Assembly: GCA_037137535.1 (NCBI GenBank)
Contig: JBAXKC010000003.1
Span: 64,001 to 128,000 of the forward strand
Source of the DNA: a bacterium
GTDB lineage: Bacteria; Cyanobacteriota; Vampirovibrionia; Gastranaerophilales; JBAXKC01
Length of the DNA: 64,000 bases
Direction: 5' to 3'
A program made the translations under genes and the position numbers. How positions within the stretch are numbered: position 1 is the first letter of the stretch; every line of letters begins with the position of its first letter. Shown in pieces: positions 50,716 through 59,923 of the stretch. Below the pieces are notes generated by a model, which made no database searches, had not been told where the DNA came from, and worked only from the letters and a program-made list of their open reading frames with translations.

Positions 50716-50752
50716 TTACCCTTATAATTATACACAAATATTATAAGGGTAA
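50716..50752 (-). terminator. 13-bp hairpin between infB and rbfA
   Basis: TTACCCTTATAAT-N11-ATTATAAGGGTAA, followed by CCTTTTT on the minus strand. Confidence 0.55.
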
Positions 50753-50779
50753 TACCTATTAATTATTTAAGATTTAAAT

Positions 50780-53530
50780 TTAAACGAGAGTATCTCTTTC
50801 AATTTCTTCCATTGAGGAAACTCTGATTATATCTCCTTCGATTAAGTCGTTAAACTTACTGAAAGATATACCGCATTCATAGCCTTGCGCTACTTCTTTT
50901 GCATCGTCTTTAAATCTTTTCAGTTGATCAATGGTTCCTCTAAATATTTCCTTGTTATTTCTCATAACTTTAGCAATTTTGTTTCTTACAATTTTGCCTT
51001 CAATTACATAACAGCCAGCAATTTTAGTGGTTTTACCAAGTGTAAATACTTGTCTTACTTCGGCAGCACCAAGTTCAACTTCTTTTATTTCAGGTTGTAA
51101 TAGTCCAAGCATTGTTTTTTCAATGTCTTCAAGAATTTGATAAATGATATCATATTTTCTTATTTTAACATTTTCAATTTGTGCAATTCTTAGAGCATTT
51201 ACATCTTCTTTTACACTATAACCGATGATAAGAGCGTTACTTGCTGAAGCAAGCATAACATCAGCTTCAGATATTTCACCAACTCCAATATGCACAATTT
51301 TTACGAAAATATGCTTTGAAGTAAGTTGATGAATTGCTGCACTTACAGCTTCTGCTGAACCGTGAGTGTTTGCTTTGATGATGATGTTTAGTGTTTGAGT
51401 TAAATCAACTTCTTCACCTTGCATTACCATTTCTGTTCTAACCTGCATTGGAGAGATTGACTCAAATTTGGTCATTTTTTCTTGTTCTTTTCTCTCTTCT
51501 GCTATTATTCTCATTATTTTTTCATTTTCAACAACTTCAAAATGATCGCCTGATTGAGGCACTTCAGTTAGGCCTAATACTTCAACAGGTGTGCTTGGGC
51601 CGACTTTTTTGATTCTTTCGCCTTCATCAGTAATTAAAGCTCTTACTTTTCCTGCAATAGAGCCTGCTACAACGCAATCTCCAACTCTTAAAGTTCCAGA
51701 TTGAACTAATAGTGTTGCAACAGCACCTTTTCCTTTGTCAAGTTTAGCTTCAATAATAACCCCTGTCGCAGGTTCATTAGGATTAGCTTTTAAATTTTCA
51801 ACTTCGGAAACAAGTAATATGTATTCAAGAAGTTCATCAAGGTTTGTACCTTGAAGAGCACTAACAGGAACGCATATTGTATCTCCGCCCCATTTTTCAG
51901 GAACAAGTTCATATTCTGTAAGTTGTTGAAGAACTCTATCAGGATCAGCGCCAGGTTTATCTATTTTATTTACAGCGATAATAATTGGCACTTTAGCCGC
52001 TTTAGCATGGTTTATAGCTTCAATTGTCTGAGGCATAATTCCATCATCCGCCGCAACTACAAGAATAGCTATATCAGTTGCTTTAGCTCCTCTTGCTCTC
52101 ATTGCCGTAAACGCTTCATGGCCCGGAGTGTCAAGGAAAACAATCTTTTTACCATCGATTTTTACTGAATAAGCACCGATAGATTGTGTAATTCCGCCAA
52201 CTTCACCGCTTACAATTTTATGTTTTGTCGCACGAATAGCATCTAAAAGAGTTGTTTTACCATGATCAACGTGTCCCATAATTGTTACAACAGGAGCTCT
52301 ATGCTCTAATGTTGATTCATCAACCTTTATTTCTTCAACCTCAGATCCTTCTTCAGGTTCAACTACTTTAGCTTCAGATAAAACGGTGAATCCTAATTTT
52401 TCGGATACGGTTTTTGCAGTGTCAATATCTATTACTTGGTTTACTGTTGCTAAAACCCCTGACATCATAAGTTCTTTAATGATTTCACTAGCTGAAACAC
52501 TAATGCTTGATGCAAGGTCGCCAACGGTAATAGGCTTATCAATTACCACTTCTGTTACCTTCTCTTTTATTTCCTCTTGATCGGATTTTTTCTTTTTTTT
52601 GAATTTTTCTTGTAAAAGTTTTGATTGTTCGAGCTTTTCCTCTTTTGAGAAAACAGCATCTTTTCCAACTTTATCTTTCTTTTTCGGAGCCGCTTTTCTA
52701 ACCCCTGTACCTTTGCTTAAAGGTGCTTCAGGAGCAGCTGATGCAGATGGTCCTCCTGAGTGAGGTCTTCTTGGGAATGCGCCTCCGCCCGGTCTTTGCT
52801 GATCGGGTCTGAACACTCTACCCTCTCCGCCTGTAGCACCTGGAGTGCCAGGTCTTTGTTGAGGAAATTGTCCTTGAGGTCTTGGTCTATTAGGATCAAA
52901 TCCGCCCGGTCTTTGTTGAGGGAATTGCCCTTGAGGTCTGTCTTGACGTGGAGGTCTGTTAGGATCAAAACCACCTGGTCTTTGTTGAGGGAATTGCCCT
53001 TGAGGTCTGTCTTGACGTGGAGGTCTGTTAGGATCAAAACCACCTGGTCTTTGTTGAGGGAATTGCCCTTGAGGTCTGTCTTGACGTGGAGGTCTGTTAG
53101 GATCAAAACCACCTGGTCTTTGTTGAGGGAATTGTCCTTGAGGCCTGTCTTGACGTGGAGGTCTATTGTTGTCAAATCTATCTTGCTGAGGTCTCTGTTG
53201 CTGAGGATATTGGTTTCTTACTTGATCTTTTGCAGCGGAAGATGTATTGGCAGATTGATCGGGGGCTGTCGCAGGTGTTTTATTAACAACGGGAGCGGCT
53301 GGCTTTTCATTAGGGCTAGGAGCTGGTGTTGTCGGGACAGGCTGTGTCGGTTTTTTTGCAATGGAAGGTTTTGAAGATACTATGCTTTCAAGCTTGCTTG
53401 CTTCGGCTTCTTCAACTGTACTACTATGTGATTTTACTTTAATAGAAAACTCTCTCTCTAACATGTCCATTACTTCTTTGTTAGATAAGTTGAGTTTCTT
53501 TGCTAACTCATATATGCGAACTTTTGCCAT
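50780..53530 (-). CDS. infB: Translation initiation factor IF-2
   Basis: [10 protein letters not shown]-domain, [25 protein letters not shown]. Confidence 0.99.
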   Translation of the reverse strand: MAKVRIYELAKKLNLSNKEVMDMLEREFSIKVKSHSSTVEEAEASKLESIVSSKPSIAKKPTQPVPTTPAPSPNEKPAAPVVNKTPATAPDQSANTSSAAKDQVRNQYPQQQRPQQDRFDNNRPPRQDRPQGQFPQQRPGGFDPNRPPRQDRPQGQFPQQRPGGFDPNRPPRQDRPQGQFPQQRPGGFDPNRPPRQDRPQGQFPQQRPGGFDPNRPRPQGQFPQQRPGTPGATGGEGRVFRPDQQRPGGGAFPRRPHSGGPSASAAPEAPLSKGTGVRKAAPKKKDKVGKDAVFSKEEKLEQSKLLQEKFKKKKKSDQEEIKEKVTEVVIDKPITVGDLASSISVSASEIIKELMMSGVLATVNQVIDIDTAKTVSEKLGFTVLSEAKVVEPEEGSEVEEIKVDESTLEHRAPVVTIMGHVDHGKTTLLDAIRATKHKIVSGEVGGITQSIGAYSVKIDGKKIVFLDTPGHEAFTAMRARGAKATDIAILVVAADDGIMPQTIEAINHAKAAKVPIIIAVNKIDKPGADPDRVLQQLTEYELVPEKWGGDTICVPVSALQGTNLDELLEYILLVSEVENLKANPNEPATGVIIEAKLDKGKGAVATLLVQSGTLRVGDCVVAGSIAGKVRALITDEGERIKKVGPSTPVEVLGLTEVPQSGDHFEVVENEKIMRIIAEERKEQEKMTKFESISPMQVRTEMVMQGEEVDLTQTLNIIIKANTHGSAEAVSAAIHQLTSKHIFVKIVHIGVGEISEADVMLASASNALIIGYSVKEDVNALRIAQIENVKIRKYDIIYQILEDIEKTMLGLLQPEIKEVELGAAEVRQVFTLGKTTKIAGCYVIEGKIVRNKIAKVMRNNKEIFRGTIDQLKRFKDDAKEVAQGYECGISFSKFNDLIEGDIIRVSSMEEIERDTLV
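52851..53165 (-). repeat. 69-bp tandem repeat (4 full units plus a partial) within infB
   Basis: GGATCAAAACCACCTGG recurs at 52962, 53031 and 53100; encodes [23 protein letters not shown]. Confidence 0.95.
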
Positions 53531-53588
53531 GCTTTTTTCTCCCGACTTGCCCTTAAATATACCAATATACTCCTAAAAATACACCTAT

Positions 53589-53846
53589 CTACTCAGCTAA
53601 TTTTTTTATTTTAAGAATTAATTCTTCAGATAACTCTCTTCTTAAAAATTTTTGCAGTCTTTTCTTTTTTATAGCTAACTGTATACAATCACTATTGTAG
53701 CAAAGATATAAAGAACGTCCAAATTGTTTAGAATTTGGTGATATGACAATCTCATGGCTGTCATAAAGCTTAATGACCCTTAGAAGCATAGCTCTATCTT
53801 TTAATTGATTACAGCTTATACACTTTCTAAGGATCATTTTACTCAT
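53589..53846 (-). CDS. ylxR: YlxR/RnpM family RNA-binding protein
   Basis: RKCISC, LLRV, GRSLYLC; lies between nusA and infB. Confidence 0.88.
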   Translation of the reverse strand: MSKMILRKCISCNQLKDRAMLLRVIKLYDSHEIVISPNSKQFGRSLYLCYNSDCIQLAIKKKRLQKFLRRELSEELILKIKKLAE

Positions 53847-53854
53847 TTTATATC

Positions 53855-54988
53855 CTATTCTTCGATATTTTCAGTATTGTCTTCATCGTAAGCCTCTTGC
53901 TCAGGCTCATCTTGATATTCTTCATCATATTGACGGGTATCAACTTGACTTAGACTTTTAATGTCGATTTTCCAATTTGTTAATCTGTGAGCAAGTCTTA
54001 CGTTTTGACCCTCTCTACCGATTGCAAGACTTAATTGATCATCAGGAACAACCACAAGAGCTTCTTTTGCATCTTCGTTAAGAATTTCCACAGAGATAAT
54101 TCTTGCAGGTGAAAGAGCATTAACGATAAACTCAGCAGGATCTTCCGAATATCTTACGATGTCAATTTTTTCATTTTTAAGTTCATTGACTATTGTTTGA
54201 ATTCTAGCACCTCTAGGTCCTATGCAAGCTCCTACAGGGTCAACTTCAGGATCTGAACTTGTTACGGCTATTTTAGTTCTGTAGCCAGCTTCTCTTGAAA
54301 CGCCTTTTATTTCAACAATTCCATCTTCAATTTCAGGAACTTCGAGCTCAAATAGTTCTTTGACAATTTCAGGGTGTACTTGTGAAACGATAACTTGAGG
54401 AAGTCTTGTTGTTTCTTTAACATCAAGAACATATACTCTTATTCTATCGTTAACTCTGTAGTATTCTCCTGAGATTTGTTCTCTTGGAGGTAAAATCGCT
54501 TCTGTTTTTCCGATATTTACTACAACGTTTCTATGCTCTACTCTTTGAATAATACAAGTTGTGAGCGTTCCTTTTTTTTCTAAGAATTCATCTAAAACAA
54601 GTTTTCTTTCTGCTTCTCTGATTCTTTGAGTGATAACTTGTTTTGCTGATTGAGCAGCTATTCTTCCGAAGTCGTCAGGAGTTACTTCTATATCAACAAT
54701 CCCGCCTATTTCAGCAGTTTTATTTATTTTTTTTGCATCTTCAAGAGAAATTTCTAAAAGTTCGTCAGCTACTTCTTCTACAACATTCTTTTCTCTAAAA
54801 ACGCCGATTTCACCTCTTTGTTCATCGACTATGGCTTTTACATTCCCAACATCATGGCTTCTGATGTGTTTTTTATAAGCTGTAACCATAGCATCACAAA
54901 GTGATTTAATTACTACTTCTTTAGGAATGCCTTTCTCTCTTTCAATTTGTTCTGTAACTTCAAAGAGAGCTGTTCCAATTTTCTTCAC
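53855..54988 (-). CDS. nusA: Transcription termination/antitermination factor NusA
   Basis: FGRIAAQSAKQVI, EVPEI, DPVGACIG, LAIGREGQNVRLA. Confidence 0.98.
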   Translation of the reverse strand: MKKIGTALFEVTEQIEREKGIPKEVVIKSLCDAMVTAYKKHIRSHDVGNVKAIVDEQRGEIGVFREKNVVEEVADELLEISLEDAKKINKTAEIGGIVDIEVTPDDFGRIAAQSAKQVITQRIREAERKLVLDEFLEKKGTLTTCIIQRVEHRNVVVNIGKTEAILPPREQISGEYYRVNDRIRVYVLDVKETTRLPQVIVSQVHPEIVKELFELEVPEIEDGIVEIKGVSREAGYRTKIAVTSSDPEVDPVGACIGPRGARIQTIVNELKNEKIDIVRYSEDPAEFIVNALSPARIISVEILNEDAKEALVVVPDDQLSLAIGREGQNVRLAHRLTNWKIDIKSLSQVDTRQYDEEYQDEPEQEAYDEDNTENIEE

Positions 54989-55007
54989 TGTCGGACTCCT
55001 TTTTACC

Positions 55008-55499
55008 TTAAACTATATAATCTGCGATAAGTTTTATAGAGCTTATATTTTTTGGGTCAATTGTTATAATTTCGTTGTTATCTATTAATTTTAAGCTTAA
55101 ACCTTTTTCTTCGTCATAGCCTTCTATTAAAGCGTCAAATGTTTTAGTTCCGTTTTCAAGAGGTTGGCGAAGTTTTACGTTTACCTTTTTTCCCGTAAAT
55201 ACTATATATTCTTTAGGGTTTTTTAATTTTTTTTCAGTACCAGGGCTGCTTACTTCAAAGTAAAAATTTACTGGTATAAGTGGTTCAAGTATTTCATCAA
55301 GAGCCTTTGTAATGTCTTCACAATCTTTATGACAAATAGGATGCTCAGGATGATATATAAATGTGCGTAAATGCCATCTGCCGCCTTCTTGAACAAAATC
55401 AACTTCCAATGCAGTTAACCCGAGTTCAGAAGCTGCTTTTTCTATGATGGGCGTAATAACTTTAATTATTTCATTTTTATTTACATTTTGATTTTTCAT
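55008..55499 (-). CDS. rimP: Ribosome maturation factor RimP
   Basis: DCEDIT, FEVSSPG; first gene of the nusA-infB operon. Confidence 0.92.
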   Translation of the reverse strand: MKNQNVNKNEIIKVITPIIEKAASELGLTALEVDFVQEGGRWHLRTFIYHPEHPICHKDCEDITKALDEILEPLIPVNFYFEVSSPGTEKKLKNPKEYIVFTGKKVNVKLRQPLENGTKTFDALIEGYDEEKGLSLKLIDNNEIITIDPKNISSIKLIADYIV

Positions 55500-55520
55500 G
55501 AATTATTCCTTATTAACACT

Positions 55521-55549
55521 AAAAGAGTGGGCTTAGACGACCCACTCTC
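55521..55549 (-). promoter_or_regulatory. rimP leader hairpin/attenuator
   Basis: Minus strand AGAGTGGG-TCGTCTAAG-CCCACTCT-TTT just upstream of rimP, matching the known conserved rimP-leader hairpin. Confidence 0.8.
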
Positions 55550-55678
55550 TCAATGAGATTAACTTAAAATATAACATCATCGTCTATAAATTACAATATG
55601 TATTTTTTGTTATTCTTTATTATGCTATATTTTATTAGGAAAATAATAACAATACTCTGTAAAATCAAGAGGTTCATT

Positions 55679-57868
55679 TTGAGTAATTTGCATAAATATA
55701 CAAATAAAGCTGTTGATCTTTTGTTATCAACAAAAAATTTAAATATACTGATATTTTTTGTGACTTTAATTGTTTTAACAACATTGCTTTCCAGCAGATA
55801 TTATATGTTTCAGACCGTTGCGGAAAATGGCATAAGTAAAATTGACATTTATGCAACAAAAACTATACAAGTAGAGGACAAAGAAAAGACTGAAAAGAAG
55901 AAAATTGAAGCAGCACAAAACGTAGAGCCAATTCTAAGACCTGATAAAGACGTTGAACGTGTCAATGACAGTATCGTGAAAAGCTTGGGCGAGCTTTTAA
56001 ATTCGGTTAAAACTACTCGTGAAAGCAGTAATAATATAGTTCAAAAGAAAAAAGAACTGAAAGAAATTTTAGGGGTTAATGACGGAGATTATTTTAATAA
56101 TATAATCTTAAATTATCTTTTAAAAAGCTCTGATTCTAGTTTTCAACGAATTGCAAACGAGTCAAATTCCGCACTTGAAGAAATATTAAAAAAGGGTGTA
56201 TCTGAAAAGGATTTAACTGATAATATTGATTCAATAATTCGTCAAGATGTGGGCAGAAATGTTTCAAGAACTCAATATTCAACTATAAGCATCTTATTAA
56301 AGAGAGTTCTTGCTTCAAATATGATAATAGATGAAGTTGCAACTGAAATAGTAAGAAAAAATGAGATGAATTCGGTTGCTCCATCGGTTGTAACCTTTAA
56401 AAAAGGTGATTTGATTGTTAAGTCGGGCGATTTAATGATGAGATCTCAAAAAGAGGCTCTGAAACAGTTAGGATATAACGTTTCTAGAATTGATTTCATA
56501 GGAATTGTAGGTATATTTGCAATTACGGCTCTATGCTTGTATATAATTTCCTATTATTTGAGAACATTTAATGAAAAATTTGTGACACCGCCTTATTTAT
56601 CGCTAATTTCACTTTTAATTATTTCGCTAACAGCTTTTGCAGTCTTTTTACCGACGGGAATCCCTGTTTATATTATACCTGTTCCTGCTATAGCTATATT
56701 AATAACCGTTTTCACTACTTCAGGTATCGCTATATTAACAACTATATTAACGGTAATTCTGATTTCAGTTGCATTGAGATATAACATTGACGCTACTACT
56801 GTATTTTTAATAGGGGCAATGGTTGCGACATTTGCATCAAGTAAAATAAACTATTCCAGAAGAATAGACCTTGTAAGAGCAGGTCTTGATGTTGGACTTA
56901 TACAGGTTTTAATAATTTTAAGTATTTATCTTTTAGAAAGCAGTTTTGGCGATATTAGTTTTAAATCTGTGATTATAGATTCATCATTAGGCTTTACCAG
57001 TGGACTTATAGGTGGGATTATCTCTTTAGGAACACTTCCTCTTATAGAAGGTGCTTTTAAAATTATTACTCCTTACGGACTTGCGGAACTTGCAGATCAT
57101 AATCAGAAATTATTGAAAAGATTGCAGTTTGAAGCACCGGGTACTTATCATCATTGTCTTATGGTCAGTAATTTGTGTGAAACTGCCGCAGAATCAGTGA
57201 ATGCCAATCCTATTCTCGCTAAAGTCGGAGCTCTTTATCATGATATAGGAAAACTTAAAAGACCTTTATTTTTTGTCGAAAATCAATCATATTTTGGAAT
57301 AGAAAACCCTCATGATAATTTAAATCCAAGGTTGAGCAAGATGGTTATTACCGCTCATCCCAAAGATGGACTCGAACTGGCAAAAGAATATAGGTTGCCT
57401 ACGGCTATTCATCAATTTATCACTCAACACCACGGAAACAGCTTGGCTTCATATTTTTACAGGCAGGCTCTTGAAATGGAAGGGGCTGAAAATATAAATG
57501 AAGAGCAGTTCAGGTATACAGGGCAAAAGCCTGCATCTAAAGAAACAGCAATTCTTATGATTTGTGATGCGGTAGAATCAGCTGTTAGAAGTCTTAAAAA
57601 CCCTACTCCCGAAGAAATAGAGGAGATGATCGATAAAATCATAAAAGAAAGACTTCTTGACAATCAGCTTGAGGAAAGTGCGTTGACTCAAAAAGACCTT
57701 AAGACAATTGCTCAGACACTTAATAGAACCCTTAGAGGAATGCAGCATCATCGGATTAAATATCATGAAAATATGCTTGAAGAGCTTAAAAATAAAACAA
57801 ATACGATGAGTCAAGCCGCCTTACTTGTACAACAACAGTTTTTAAACAGTATTGATAAAGAGAAATAA
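55679..57868 (+). CDS. 7TM-HD family phosphohydrolase (PgpH/YqfF-like)
   Basis: Extracellular domain, about 7 TMs, EAPGTYHH, YHDIGK, FVENQ, HHG, DAVESAVRSL; start moved to TTG 55679 after GAGG. Confidence 0.92.
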   Translation: MSNLHKYTNKAVDLLLSTKNLNILIFFVTLIVLTTLLSSRYYMFQTVAENGISKIDIYATKTIQVEDKEKTEKKKIEAAQNVEPILRPDKDVERVNDSIVKSLGELLNSVKTTRESSNNIVQKKKELKEILGVNDGDYFNNIILNYLLKSSDSSFQRIANESNSALEEILKKGVSEKDLTDNIDSIIRQDVGRNVSRTQYSTISILLKRVLASNMIIDEVATEIVRKNEMNSVAPSVVTFKKGDLIVKSGDLMMRSQKEALKQLGYNVSRIDFIGIVGIFAITALCLYIISYYLRTFNEKFVTPPYLSLISLLIISLTAFAVFLPTGIPVYIIPVPAIAILITVFTTSGIAILTTILTVILISVALRYNIDATTVFLIGAMVATFASSKINYSRRIDLVRAGLDVGLIQVLIILSIYLLESSFGDISFKSVIIDSSLGFTSGLIGGIISLGTLPLIEGAFKIITPYGLAELADHNQKLLKRLQFEAPGTYHHCLMVSNLCETAAESVNANPILAKVGALYHDIGKLKRPLFFVENQSYFGIENPHDNLNPRLSKMVITAHPKDGLELAKEYRLPTAIHQFITQHHGNSLASYFYRQALEMEGAENINEEQFRYTGQKPASKETAILMICDAVESAVRSLKNPTPEEIEEMIDKIIKERLLDNQLEESALTQKDLKTIAQTLNRTLRGMQHHRIKYHENMLEELKNKTNTMSQAALLVQQQFLNSIDKEK

Positions 57869-57869
57869 A

Positions 57870-58391
57870 ATGATGAAAACTTCTTTAGAAATTTCTATTT
57901 CCAATAATCAGGAAGCTATTGAAATAAATGAATTAAAATCACTTCAGATGACAGAACTAATGACTGATTGTGCATTATTATCGCCTGAAATTTTAGGGCA
58001 TAGTGTTTTATTTGATATTGATTGTAAAAATTTCGTTATATCTTATGATCTTATGTTCTGTGATGATCAGCTTATTACTGAAATAAACTCTGAATATAGG
58101 GCAAAAGACAAGCCTACCGATGTAATAACGTTTGCTCTTTTTGCAGATTCTCCCGAGTGCAGAATTATTACTGATAATACAATTAATCTTGGTGAAATAA
58201 TAATTTCTGCTGATACCGCTATGCGTCAGGCACAAGAAAATGATAAAACTCTTGAAGAGGAATTTTACTTTTTGATAAGCCATGGAGTTCTTCATCTTTT
58301 GGGGTTTGAGCATGAAAACGACGAAAAACTCGAGTTTATGTTAAACTTGCAGGATAAAATGATAAAGTATGCTCAGGATAACTTGGTGTAA
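57870..58391 (+). CDS. ybeY: Endoribonuclease YbeY
   Basis: NSEYRAKDKPTDVITF, LGEIIIS, HGVLHLLGFEH. Confidence 0.95.
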   Translation: MMKTSLEISISNNQEAIEINELKSLQMTELMTDCALLSPEILGHSVLFDIDCKNFVISYDLMFCDDQLITEINSEYRAKDKPTDVITFALFADSPECRIITDNTINLGEIIISADTAMRQAQENDKTLEEEFYFLISHGVLHLLGFEHENDEKLEFMLNLQDKMIKYAQDNLV

Positions 58392-58394
58392 AAA

Positions 58395-58805
58395 ATGTCA
58401 AAATACAAAGCAGGAAATATTTTTATAAGCTTTAAGTTTGCGACTAGGGGAATTTTATTGGCGATAAAGTCGGAACGAAATTTCAGAGCTGATTTGTTAG
58501 TCGCTTTTTTAGCGTTTATATTAGCTTTTTATTTTGATTTCTCACGTATTGAAATGGCAATATTAGTTCTTACAATTGGCTTTGTCCTCTTTGCAGAGTT
58601 ATTTAACACCGTTATCGAGTTTATTGTAGATGCTTATTTTGGAAATAAATATTCAATTTTGGCAAAAATGGCTAAAGATACTTCTGCCGGCGCTGTTTTA
58701 ATAGTGGCGGTAACTGCTGTTGGTATTGGGTTATTGTTATTTTTACCTAAAGTAATGCAGGCACTTTTTCCTCATATATCGATGATGAAAATATTTATGC
58801 CTTGA
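58395..58805 (+). CDS. dgkA: Diacylglycerol/undecaprenol kinase
   Basis: SFKFATRGI, ERNFR, ELFNTVIE, AKDTSAGAVL. Confidence 0.93.
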   Translation: MSKYKAGNIFISFKFATRGILLAIKSERNFRADLLVAFLAFILAFYFDFSRIEMAILVLTIGFVLFAELFNTVIEFIVDAYFGNKYSILAKMAKDTSAGAVLIVAVTAVGIGLLLFLPKVMQALFPHISMMKIFMP

Positions 58806-58872
58806 TTTTAAATCCTGTTTTTAAAGATAATATAAAGTAAAAATCCGTTATTATTAATTCTTTGAGGCTGTT

Positions 58873-59910
58873 ATGAAAGAAAAATTAGAACAAATCAAGT
58901 TAAATGCGCTTGAAGAAATAGAAAAAGCCCACAATCTTCAGGAAATTGAAAATATAAAAATAAATTATCTTGGAAGAAAAGGTGAATTAAACACCATAAA
59001 AAGAGGGCTAAAAGACGTTTCACCAGAAGATAGACCTGCGGTTGGAAGTCTTGCGAATAGTGTGGCTGAAGAAATTGAGCTAAAGTTTGATGAAAAATTT
59101 AAAAAACTTCATGAATTTGCAATGCAGGAAAAACTTTCCGCTGAAAAAATAGATGTAACTTTACCGGGTATGTATGTGCCTTATGGTACTCAACATCCTA
59201 TAACAGCTACTATTAATGAAATTGTTGCAATCTTTGGAAGAATGGGTTTTTCACTTGTTGATAACTCAAATAGTCCTGAAGTTGAAACAGAATATTATAA
59301 TTTTGATGCTTTAAATTTCCCTCCGGATCACCCTGCTAAGGATATGCAGGACACTTTTTACGTAACAATTGCTGATAATATAATTTTAAGAAGTCAAACC
59401 TCTAATTCTCAAATTAGAGAGATGGAAAAGAAAAATCCTCCTTTAAAGGTTATCAGTCCTGGAAGAGTATATAGATCAGAAGCTGTTAACAGTAGAAAAA
59501 ATAACCTTTTTCATCAAGTAGAAGGTTTAATGGTAGATAAAGATATTACTTTCGGTGATCTTAAAGGTGTCTTAAACGAATTTACAAGACAGTTTTTCGG
59601 TCAGACAAGACCTACAAGATTTAGAAACAGTTATTTCCCATTTACTGAGCCTAGTGCTGAAATGGATGTTCAATGTATTATGTGTAGCGGTAAAGGCTGC
59701 AGAACATGCTCAGGAACTGGCTGGCTTGAGATTTTAGGCTCAGGGCTTATTGATCCTAATGTATTAAAAGGCATAAATATTGATCCTGACCAGTATTCGG
59801 GGTTTGCTTTCGGTATGGGAGTTGAAAGATTGGCTATGCTTAAATTTGCAATAGATGATATAAGACTCTTTTACAACAATGACGTAAGATTTTTAGAACA
59901 ATTCAGATAA
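58873..59910 (+). CDS. pheS: Phenylalanyl-tRNA synthetase alpha subunit
   Basis: HPAKDMQDTFY, PGRVYR, FHQVEG, YFPFTEPS, GFAFGMGVERLAM. Confidence 0.98.
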   Translation: MKEKLEQIKLNALEEIEKAHNLQEIENIKINYLGRKGELNTIKRGLKDVSPEDRPAVGSLANSVAEEIELKFDEKFKKLHEFAMQEKLSAEKIDVTLPGMYVPYGTQHPITATINEIVAIFGRMGFSLVDNSNSPEVETEYYNFDALNFPPDHPAKDMQDTFYVTIADNIILRSQTSNSQIREMEKKNPPLKVISPGRVYRSEAVNSRKNNLFHQVEGLMVDKDITFGDLKGVLNEFTRQFFGQTRPTRFRNSYFPFTEPSAEMDVQCIMCSGKGCRTCSGTGWLEILGSGLIDPNVLKGINIDPDQYSGFAFGMGVERLAMLKFAIDDIRLFYNNDVRFLEQFR

Positions 59911-59923
59911 CGGGTGCTTAATA

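Noticed and set aside
52851-53165. Possible CRISPR array
   Set aside because: Repeats are contiguous with no unique spacers, lie in frame inside infB, and no cas genes are present
52717-53374. Alternative-frame ORFs of 152 and 204 aa
   Set aside because: Shadows of the GC-richer infB repeat
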